58,614 bases of DNA, taken from a virus (lineage: Duplodnaviria; Caudoviricetes). How positions within the stretch are numbered: position 1 is the first letter of the stretch; each line of letters begins with the position of its first letter. The stretch lies in the IMG/VR virus record IMGVR_UViG_3300032305_000642, positions 1 through 58,614 of that record; one strand, 5' to 3'. The position numbers and the translations under genes are program-made. The notes below the pieces were generated by a model that worked only from the letters and a program-made list of their open reading frames with translations, ran no database searches and had not been told where the DNA came from. This document shows positions 39,368 to 45,904 of the stretch, piece by piece.

Positions 39368-39828
39368 GGTGTTTCTCCTATCGCTTGGTTGAACTGCTCG
39401 GTTATGTTTACTTCTAACTCCTCACTACTATGCTTGGAGTGGATGGTCAGGTATGCGCCACTCTCACCTATTTCAAGACGGCAATACGACCATCCACCCC
39501 ATTCATCTGATACATCTACGCTAAAGTGGCTGTGAAACACAATGCCTTTAGCCCCATCAAGCGCATCAATAATGCCTCGTGCCATCTTGAAAGGTAGTAC
39601 CCCTGAGTCGTTGATGGTGATGTTTATCCACTCAGGTGTTTCGCCGTGCTCGCTATTTACATACATATCCTCGGTGAACTCGATCTTGACACCTTTAGCT
39701 TCTTCGTTGATGGTTTCCCACTCCAAGTCCCATGCCTTTTGATCTTCTTCGCTTGGGTCTATTGGTGGTTCGCTGAGCCACTCGTTCTCGCCCTTGTGTA
39801 AGTAGCGGTATTGCCTTATGTTTGGCAT
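39364..39828 (-). CDS. Acidic early protein
   Basis: AGGAG RBS; Glu/Trp-rich. Confidence 0.7.
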   Translation of the reverse strand: MPNIRQYRYLHKGENEWLSEPPIDPSEEDQKAWDLEWETINEEAKGVKIEFTEDMYVNSEHGETPEWINITINDSGVLPFKMARGIIDALDGAKGIVFHSHFSVDVSDEWGGWSYCRLEIGESGAYLTIHSKHSSEELEVNITEQFNQAIGETP

Positions 39829-39830
39829 CT

Positions 39831-39965
39831 CTATCTCCTATCATTTAGTTCGCATAGTTTGGCTATGCACCATAACAACCCACCAAACAAGCCGAAGGTC
39901 AGAGCAAACGCAATGACCCATGAGCCTATCTCCATCAACCAGTACCCCCAATCAATCTCCACCAT
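39831..39965 (-). CDS. Small single-TM early protein
   Basis: WVIAFALTFGLFGGLLWCIA hydrophobic span; start uncertain. Confidence 0.5.
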   Translation of the reverse strand: MVEIDWGYWLMEIGSWVIAFALTFGLFGGLLWCIAKLCELNDRR

Positions 39966-40215
39966 AGCTAAACTCCCCATATCCACAGTTCTCAACGAGG
40001 TGGCGTGCCATGTCATCAAGCAAGGTTTCAACTTCCTCTAGCAAATCGTTGCCGTACTTGTGTTGCCACCCTGCCCATGCACTATCTAACTGCATAATGC
40101 GTTCCCACTCAGCCTCGCTGTCGTCTCGTGCTGGTGGTGCAGTAAGGCAATGAATGATGTTAGGTAAGTCTGTTTCTAGTTCGGTTTCGTATTCTGTGTA
40201 GTGGCTCGTGCTCAT
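39952..40215 (-). CDS. Acidic early protein
   Basis: GGAGGAG RBS. Confidence 0.65.
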   Translation of the reverse strand: MSTSHYTEYETELETDLPNIIHCLTAPPARDDSEAEWERIMQLDSAWAGWQHKYGNDLLEEVETLLDDMARHLVENCGYGEFSYGGD

Positions 40216-40376
40216 ATCAACTCCTCCTCTTGTTGTGCAAATACACCTTCGATAAAGCCTTCAATGAACTGACCAAGCCCATCGTCACAGGGGTCGTGGT
40301 CTAGCTTGTTGATATACAAATCCCTAGCGTACGCCTCTAGCCTTTTAATCATTGCTACATTCTCTGCGGTTCTCAT
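40212..40376 (-). CDS. Small early protein (54 aa, MRTAENV...QEEELI)
   Basis: AGGAGAAACATCATG; not in the ORF track. Confidence 0.7.
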   Translation of the reverse strand: MRTAENVAMIKRLEAYARDLYINKLDHDPCDDGLGQFIEGFIEGVFAQQEEELI

Positions 40377-40416
40377 GATGTTTCTCCTTGTCTAGTGGTT
40401 TGTGATACTTGTTGTA

Positions 40417-40596
40417 CTACTCTTTAGGTGCATTTAATAATTCGGTGTTCAGCTTATCTACGTAACTTTCCAAGTCTTGTAGGCTAGCCACCATGCGTTC
40501 ATAAAAAAGCTGATAGTCCTTTGTTGCTACTGCATCTGCTACGTCAGCACCTATTTGTTCTGCTATTAAGTCGATGTTTGTTGTTACGCTTTTCAT
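40417..40596 (-). CDS. Small early protein (MKSVTTN)
   Basis: AGGAGG RBS. Confidence 0.6.
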   Translation of the reverse strand: MKSVTTNIDLIAEQIGADVADAVATKDYQLFYERMVASLQDLESYVDKLNTELLNAPKE

Positions 40597-40598
40597 GA

Positions 40599-40709
40599 TT
40601 ACCATCCTCCTAAGTAAGTTAAGCCAGCACGCACTAGCTGTAGTGTGAAAAAGAATAATGCAAGGGCAAGGATCACCCAAATAACTTTGTCTTCGTCCAT
40701 CCAATTCAT
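40599..40709 (-). CDS. 36-aa single-TM peptide
   Basis: MNWMDEDKVIWVILALALFFFTLQLVRAGLTYLGGW; AAGGAG RBS, ATGA overlap. Confidence 0.65.
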   Translation of the reverse strand: MNWMDEDKVIWVILALALFFFTLQLVRAGLTYLGGW

Positions 40710-41326
40710 TGTGCTTCTCCTTTCGGTTTGATTAGTGTTGCTATTTGTATATCAAGGGGAACATTTGTTCCCTTTTCTGCCTGCTCAAGCAGGTCTCTCA
40801 TTATTCGTTTAGCCTCTTGGTAGTTCCAGCTATTCTGTTCTTTGGTGGCGTCTTGTAGGTTTTTAGATGCAAAGTGCCTGTTGCCAAAGCGATTGAGCTG
40901 GTCTTGTAGACGGCTCTTGAGTTGTTTGTATGGCAGGGCTTTACGCTTTTGCCATGTTTCTTTCATTATTTTGCTACGCTTTTTGGGTATCGCTTGTCGT
41001 ATCTGTTCGAGTTTCATCTCACCCATCACACTATTCATATCTCCGCTTGTCACCTTGGTTCTGATTTGCTTGGCTGTTAATGGGCGTTTGCTATGTCGCT
41101 TGAGTTTAGCTTGGCATGCCTTACAGTTCTTTGATGTGACGATGAAGCGTGTCGTGGCACTAGGTTGCTTGAGGAAGGCTTTGGTCTGAGCAAGGGTCAG
41201 TCGCTTCAGGAATTCCTTTTTTGGTTTGAGTTCAGCACAAGTCTTGCATTGAGCCGAGGAGAGTGATGACCGAAGTGCTTGGGTATTCGAGGGAACATTT
41301 GTTCCTACTTGGTCAGGTCTAGCCAT
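40706..41326 (-). CDS. Basic CxxC...CxxC zinc-finger protein
   Basis: CKTC and CKAC, Lys/Arg-rich; start uncertain (MARPDQ). Confidence 0.7.
   Translation of the reverse strand: MARPDQVGTNVPSNTQALRSSLSSAQCKTCAELKPKKEFLKRLTLAQTKAFLKQPSATTRFIVTSKNCKACQAKLKRHSKRPLTAKQIRTKVTSGDMNSVMGEMKLEQIRQAIPKKRSKIMKETWQKRKALPYKQLKSRLQDQLNRFGNRHFASKNLQDATKEQNSWNYQEAKRIMRDLLEQAEKGTNVPLDIQIATLIKPKGEAQ
40757..40772. repeat. 16-bp palindrome copy 2 (intragenic)
   Basis: GGGAACATTTGTTCCC. Confidence 0.9.
41291..41306. repeat. 16-bp palindrome copy 3 (one mismatch)
   Basis: GGGAACATTTGTTCCT. Confidence 0.85.
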
Positions 41327-41328
41327 GA

Positions 41329-41611
41329 GTGTCCACCATTTAATGTATGCCTGCCCGTAATGTGGACAGTCTGTGTAGTATATAGCATAAGGCTTGGTGA
41401 GTATACCTACCCACATATATACGAGAAATAGAGAATTATTAAAGTAAGAAAATAAAGTAAAGCTAAAGAGGTAGACAAACTAAAACACTCTCTTATATAT
41501 ATATGAGTATGTCTTTTTATATATATAAATAGGTTGGTTATCTGCCCGTGCCTTACCACGCATGGGAGAGAGGGTGTCCACTATGTGTCCACTAGGTATT
41601 AAAAGGTAGAC
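41329..41611. other. Candidate replication origin
   Basis: AT-rich core with (TA)n runs flanked by GTGTCCAC x3, inverted GTGGACA and GGTAGAC x2. Confidence 0.5.
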
Positions 41612-41643
41612 TATTGGCAAAATCACCCTCTCCACAACACGTT

Positions 41644-41659
41644 GGGAACAAATGTTCCC
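41644..41659. repeat. 16-bp palindrome copy 4 (intergenic)
   Basis: GGGAACAAATGTTCCC. Confidence 0.9.
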
Positions 41660-41665
41660 TTTCCC

Positions 41666-41890
41666 TTAGATAGCCCACTTAGCACGGGTCAGAGCAATGG
41701 TCGTAGTGATGAACCAGCCTGACCTGATGCCATCGTTAGATAGCTTGTGTGCCTTCATGAATTTGCGTGCTGTCTTGTATGTGAACTCGTGGTGCTTATC
41801 GTCATAGATGATTGGGATTACATCAATACGCCCCTCGTCATCTTTGTGGATTAGGATTGGGCTGTTAGCTGGGTAGGTTAGTTGTTGCAT
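41666..41890 (-). CDS. Small early protein (MQQLTYP)
   Basis: AGGAGAATCACCATG. Confidence 0.7.
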   Translation of the reverse strand: MQQLTYPANSPILIHKDDEGRIDVIPIIYDDKHHEFTYKTARKFMKAHKLSNDGIRSGWFITTTIALTRAKWAI

Positions 41891-41901
41891 GGTGATTCTC
41901 C

Positions 41902-42108
41902 TTAGTTGAGTGGGTAAAGGTTTAGTGCGTGTTGTACCTTGCGAGCTTGATACCAAATGTGTTTGTCTAGCTTATCGCTATCACCCTCACATTCTTCGTA
42001 GCTAGTTCGCTCATTCTCTAGCGTGTATTTCACAACGGCTATCAGAGCCTGATACTCGTCATGGTCTAGGGTTATGACTTGTGTTGCTAAGTCGCTCATT
42101 GCTGACAT
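41902..42108 (-). CDS. Small early protein
   Basis: AGGAGAATCACCATG. Confidence 0.7.
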   Translation of the reverse strand: MSAMSDLATQVITLDHDEYQALIAVVKYTLENERTSYEECEGDSDKLDKHIWYQARKVQHALNLYPLN

Positions 42109-42245
42109 GGTGATTCTCCTTTGTAGTTGGATTGAAGAACTGCATCGACTTTATCCTCTGTCGTTCTGAGGTACTTCGCTATGTAGGCAGGACTTCTGCC
42201 CTCGTGGTAAAGCAAACAGACTAGGAACACGCTGAACTTAATCAT
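42096..42245 (-). CDS. 49-aa HTH-like peptide
   Basis: MIKFSVFLVCLLYHEGRSPAYIAKYLRTTEDKVDAVL...; not in the ORF track. Confidence 0.55.
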   Translation of the reverse strand: MIKFSVFLVCLLYHEGRSPAYIAKYLRTTEDKVDAVLQSNYKGESPCQQ

Positions 42246-42408
42246 AGTCAGCCTCGTCCATACAAAACAGCATTGTGATACCCATTGTGGAGACTATCGT
42301 GCCTATAATCCATAGCAGACCGCCGTGCTCCCATAGGTTTGATACGAAATAGCAGAACGCTATTGTTAAGACCATCATCAAGAACTGCATATGTTTGTGT
42401 GTGAACAT
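42238..42408 (-). CDS. 56-aa two-TM early protein
   Basis: MFTHKHMQFLMMVLTIAFCYFVSNLWEHGGLLWIIGTIVSTMGITMLFCMDEADYD; AGGAGAAACACCATG. Confidence 0.7.
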   Translation of the reverse strand: MFTHKHMQFLMMVLTIAFCYFVSNLWEHGGLLWIIGTIVSTMGITMLFCMDEADYD

Positions 42409-42419
42409 GGTGTTTCTCC

Positions 42420-42575
42420 TTAGTTAGTGTATTCAGCTACAGTTTCCATGCCCTTCCAAACCTGCACGGAATGGCACTTGTGGGTGAGTAGGTAAAACAA
42501 TTCCATAGCATCGGTATAGCTATCCGCTTTATACCAACGGGTTCTCATTTGATACTCGAGTTTGATTGCGTACAT
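42420..42575 (-). CDS. Small early protein (MYAIKLEY)
   Basis: AGGAGTATCACCATG. Confidence 0.7.
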   Translation of the reverse strand: MYAIKLEYQMRTRWYKADSYTDAMELFYLLTHKCHSVQVWKGMETVAEYTN

Positions 42576-42591
42576 GGTGATACTCCTTAAG

Positions 42592-42655
42592 TTTGACAAC
42601 AAACAGAACCGCAGAGAAGCCTCGCTTGCCTGACTTCCCCACGAGTTCTGTCAAA
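42592..42655 (-). other. Long intergenic RNA hairpin (possible RNase III site)
   Basis: About 20-bp stem with several G-U pairs that work only on the minus strand; no U tract. Confidence 0.5.
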
Positions 42656-42658
42656 TAA

Positions 42659-42674
42659 GGGAACAAATGTTCCC
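42659..42674. repeat. 16-bp palindrome copy 5 (intergenic)
   Basis: GGGAACAAATGTTCCC. Confidence 0.9.
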
Positions 42675-42679
42675 CCCAA

Positions 42680-43096
42680 TTACTTGCTGAATGCAAGCTC
42701 AACAGCCTTGAGTACCTGAGCCTTGGTCATACCCCAAGCCTTGATGCTCTTGGCTTTCTGCTCCACAACGTCTACCTTCTTACTTACCTTACCTGAGCCC
42801 CTCTTGGTAATGTTGTGGTACTGCTCAACGTCTCTCTCCCATTGGCGGGTAGCAGTCGTGTCCTTATCGACCTTCTTGCAAGCCTCGTCCTTGTAGAAAA
42901 CCCAAGCCCCCGAGCTGGTTTGCTGATACCAAATGGTTCTCTTGTACTTCTCCCCATAAGCCTCGGCATGAGCCTTGGCTAACTCCTCGACTACCTCGGC
43001 ACTCAGATACTTCTTCTTGCCAAGAGCCTCGGCTAAGGCGTCAGCCCATGCGATAGTGCCAGCCACGAATGACTTGTATACAGTTGCTAGTTTCAT
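42680..43096 (-). CDS. First early gene, basic hypothetical protein
   Basis: GGAG RBS, 138 aa. Confidence 0.75.
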   Translation of the reverse strand: MKLATVYKSFVAGTIAWADALAEALGKKKYLSAEVVEELAKAHAEAYGEKYKRTIWYQQTSSGAWVFYKDEACKKVDKDTTATRQWERDVEQYHNITKRGSGKVSKKVDVVEQKAKSIKAWGMTKAQVLKAVELAFSK

Positions 43097-43116
43097 TTAA
43101 ATCTCCAATAAAAAAA

Positions 43117-43132
43117 GGGAACATTTGTTCCC
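43117..43132. repeat. 16-bp palindrome copy 6 (leader of first early gene)
   Basis: GGGAACATTTGTTCCC. Confidence 0.9.
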
Positions 43133-43219
43133 ATTGATAGATACACATTGCTGTGCAACCGAGAATCTTTTCTCGATGATTAAATGTAACATTCCGTGGG
43201 CTTTTTTCGGCTTTCATCA

Positions 43220-43241
43220 CCCCACCCTACCCCGACCCCCC
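43220..43241 (-). other. G-quadruplex-capable tract at the strand switch
   Basis: Minus strand GGGGGG-TC-GGGG-TA-GGG-T-GGGG. Confidence 0.55.
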
Positions 43242-43402
43242 TGATTAAGTGTCGTACTGTCGTGGCACAGAGATCAGTGTTCGTCAGCCGCAAATTAAAA
43301 AAATGTCAAATTTTGTAAAAAATCCACAAGGCCATGTCAAACTTTATACATTACAATCTCGCGCAAAAACTTTACAAAAAATCGTGTAATATATTACATA
43401 AA

Positions 43403-43417
43403 TGCTGCGCCGCAGCA
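43403..43417. promoter_or_regulatory. Inverted repeat TGCTGCG-C-CGCAGCA (PhaR-box-like)
   Basis: Perfect 7-1-7 repeat between an AT-rich promoter region and the RBS. Confidence 0.5.
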
Positions 43418-43438
43418 AACTAACCTAAAGGAAAAACC

Positions 43439-43555
43439 ATGTTCGATTTCACAAAACAAACTAAGCAATACGAAGAGTTGGCAGAGCGCATCAAAGAAGT
43501 AAACGAATTCTGGATCAACGCTTTTATTACAAGCCTCAAGCAATTTACAAAGTAA
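43439..43555 (+). CDS. 38-aa amphipathic peptide
   Basis: MFDFTKQTKQYEELAERIKEVNEFWINAFITSLKQFTK; AAGGA RBS; followed by a hairpin. Confidence 0.75.
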   Translation: MFDFTKQTKQYEELAERIKEVNEFWINAFITSLKQFTK

Positions 43556-43559
43556 AGCG

Positions 43560-43587
43560 AAAAAAAGCCCCGGGGTTACCGGGGCTT
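43560..43587 (-). terminator. Intrinsic terminator (U tract on minus strand; possibly bidirectional)
   Basis: AAGCCCCGG-5nt-CCGGGGCTT, with an A-run on the + side. Confidence 0.75.
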
Positions 43588-43642
43588 AAACTAATACTCA
43601 CGAGGAATCAGGAGTCAAACGAAGGAGTAAAAACCACCTGAT
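43560..43642 (-). ncRNA. Candidate ~83-nt sRNA with anti-Shine-Dalgarno motifs
   Basis: TATAAT at 43654-43649, ATCAGG/CCTGAT stem, CUCCU motifs, terminator. Confidence 0.4.
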
Positions 43643-43724
43643 GTAAAAATTATACATCACAAATTAAAAACAATATATAATCCAGACAACATCGTGAGCA
43701 CCACACGCAACCAAAGGGGAAGAT

Positions 43725-44327
43725 TTGTTTTTAGAGCACTTAGTTTCAGCATCCGCCGCAGACTACACACCTGATCTTCTACAAGATCAAACATCTTTTA
43801 CCCCTTTAGAAACGCTCACCCCCGCACAAACCCTAAGTGCACAGTCCAAAACCAGTGAATGGTTAAAAGCGTTTGATGACGAAGACGACGAGATCCTGAC
43901 TCAAGCTCAGCAGGAAAAAGTAGCCGATACATTCAACGCACTGACTCGCTCAGACCCCAACGCAAAACAACGTTTATTGCAGCTAGACCTACCCGAAGAA
44001 ATAAAGACAGCAGTTGGTATGGTGACGGCCTATCAGTGGAAGTTTATCGAGCAAGCAGAAGAGCTGCGTAGTATGTCAGTGGCAAAGATAGTAAAAGAAA
44101 CCGACCATCCTGATGCCCGAATACGTCTTAAAGCCTTGGAATTGCTAGGAAAAGTTACAGAAGTGGCGTTGTTTACAGACCGCATATCAATAAAATCAGA
44201 AGACGTAACCGACGAAGAGCTGGACGCGCGTATTAAAGAGAAGCTGGGCAAGTACATGGGTACAGTCGATATTGTCGACGTAGAAGATGTGCATACAAAA
44301 GACAAAAAAATAGACACGTCAGAATAA
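43725..44327 (+). CDS. terS: Putative terminase small subunit
   Basis: Immediately upstream of TerL; RLKALELLGK...LF motif; TTG start. Confidence 0.65.
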   Translation: MFLEHLVSASAADYTPDLLQDQTSFTPLETLTPAQTLSAQSKTSEWLKAFDDEDDEILTQAQQEKVADTFNALTRSDPNAKQRLLQLDLPEEIKTAVGMVTAYQWKFIEQAEELRSMSVAKIVKETDHPDARIRLKALELLGKVTEVALFTDRISIKSEDVTDEELDARIKEKLGKYMGTVDIVDVEDVHTKDKKIDTSE

Positions 44328-44357
44328 TATGTCTAAAAAAAGCCCAAAAGTGTACAC

Positions 44358-45890
44358 ATGAACCTCGACTTTTTTACCCCACAAGAAGCGTTAGCTGCAC
44401 AGCTAGCGTTAAAAGACATGACCAAGGCGGAAAAAGAACTGTTTTTAGCCGACCTTGAAAAGAAAGAACACCGCGCTGGGCTACACAAAGCCAAAACCGA
44501 CCCCATTGAGTTTGCAAAACGGGTATACCCTGGGTTTAAAGTAGGCCCCCACCACAAAAAACTGGCAAAGATCTTTCAAGACGTGGTAGATGGCAAGAAA
44601 AAGCGCGTGATTATCAACATAGCACCTCGTATGGGTAAGTCGGAGTTCTCCAGCTACCTGTTTCCTGCTTACTTTTTAGGTAATTACCCTGAGAAAAAGA
44701 TTATTATGGGTACACATACGGCGTCTCTCTCCGAAGACTTTGGTAGAAGAGTGCGCAATTTGATAGATTCGGAGGAGTACCGTGAGATATTTCCAGGAAC
44801 GTTGGTCTCGGATGACCAAAAAGCAGCGGGCAAGTGGTCTACTGCTTCTGGTGGTCAGTATTACGCAGCTGGTGTTGGCGGTGCTCTGGCAGGTCGCGGT
44901 GCTGATCTTTTCGTAATTGACGACCCTCATTCTGAACAAGATATGAAGGCAAACAGCCGCCTTGCGTTTGATAGCGCTTGGAGCTGGATGCAAACAGGAC
45001 CACTACAACGTCTGATGCCGGGCGGTGCAATTATTATTGTGATGACGCGTTGGTCCCTCCTAGATTTGACTGGGCGGTTGATTGACTACCAGATTAAAAA
45101 CCCAGACACCATACCTTGGGAAATTGTAGAACTACCTGCCATCCTTGATGCTGGTACTGACCACGAGAAATCCTTATGGCCTGCGCAGTGGAGCCTAGAT
45201 GCGTTAAAAAACACCCAAGCGTCCATCGACCCACGGTACTGGAACGCTCAGTACATGCAGAATCCGACCTCAGATATGGCGGCGCTGGTGTCAAGAAAAG
45301 ATTGGAAAATATGGGAAGAGGATGATCCACCTAAGTGCGAGTACATCATTCAGTCTTGGGATACGGCGTTTGAAACAAAGACTACATCTGACTATTCTGC
45401 ATGCACAACTTGGGGTGTGTTTTACCGTTTCGAGGACAAAGGCAACCCCAACGTCATCTTGCTTGACGCTTTTAAAGAACGGATGACCTTTCCAGACTTG
45501 AAAGTAATGGCGCTAAAGCACTACAAAGAATGGGAGCCGGATGCGTTCATTATTGAGAAAAAAGCATCGGGCGCGCCGTTAATTCAAGAGTTGCGTAAAA
45601 TTGGCATACCCGTGCAAGAATTTACTCCATCCCGGGGCAACGATAAGATGGTCAGGTTAAATGCGGTAGCTGACCTGTTTACTAGTGGTAAAGTATGGGC
45701 GCCAGATACTCGTTGGGCACGCGAAGTAATTGAAGAGATTGCAGCATTTCCTGTTGGCGAACACGATGACTTCGTGGATACTACTACTCAGGCGCTGCTA
45801 CGCTATAGGCAAGGCGGGTTTATCAGCTTAGAAACTGACGAACAAGATGAGATGTATTACAAGTACCGCAGACGTGCGGCTTACTATTAA
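44358..45890 (+). CDS. terL: Terminase large subunit
   Basis: APRMGKSE, VIDDP, MTRW, SWDTA, HDDFVD. Confidence 0.95.
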   Translation: MNLDFFTPQEALAAQLALKDMTKAEKELFLADLEKKEHRAGLHKAKTDPIEFAKRVYPGFKVGPHHKKLAKIFQDVVDGKKKRVIINIAPRMGKSEFSSYLFPAYFLGNYPEKKIIMGTHTASLSEDFGRRVRNLIDSEEYREIFPGTLVSDDQKAAGKWSTASGGQYYAAGVGGALAGRGADLFVIDDPHSEQDMKANSRLAFDSAWSWMQTGPLQRLMPGGAIIIVMTRWSLLDLTGRLIDYQIKNPDTIPWEIVELPAILDAGTDHEKSLWPAQWSLDALKNTQASIDPRYWNAQYMQNPTSDMAALVSRKDWKIWEEDDPPKCEYIIQSWDTAFETKTTSDYSACTTWGVFYRFEDKGNPNVILLDAFKERMTFPDLKVMALKHYKEWEPDAFIIEKKASGAPLIQELRKIGIPVQEFTPSRGNDKMVRLNAVADLFTSGKVWAPDTRWAREVIEEIAAFPVGEHDDFVDTTTQALLRYRQGGFISLETDEQDEMYYKYRRRAAYY

Positions 45891-45904
45891 TTTGGGAACC
45901 AAAA

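Noticed and set aside
38987-43132. CRISPR array or terminators formed by the 16-bp repeats
   Set aside because: Spacing is irregular (350-1770 bp) with genes in between; the 2-nt centre and lack of consistent U tracts fit protein-binding sites better
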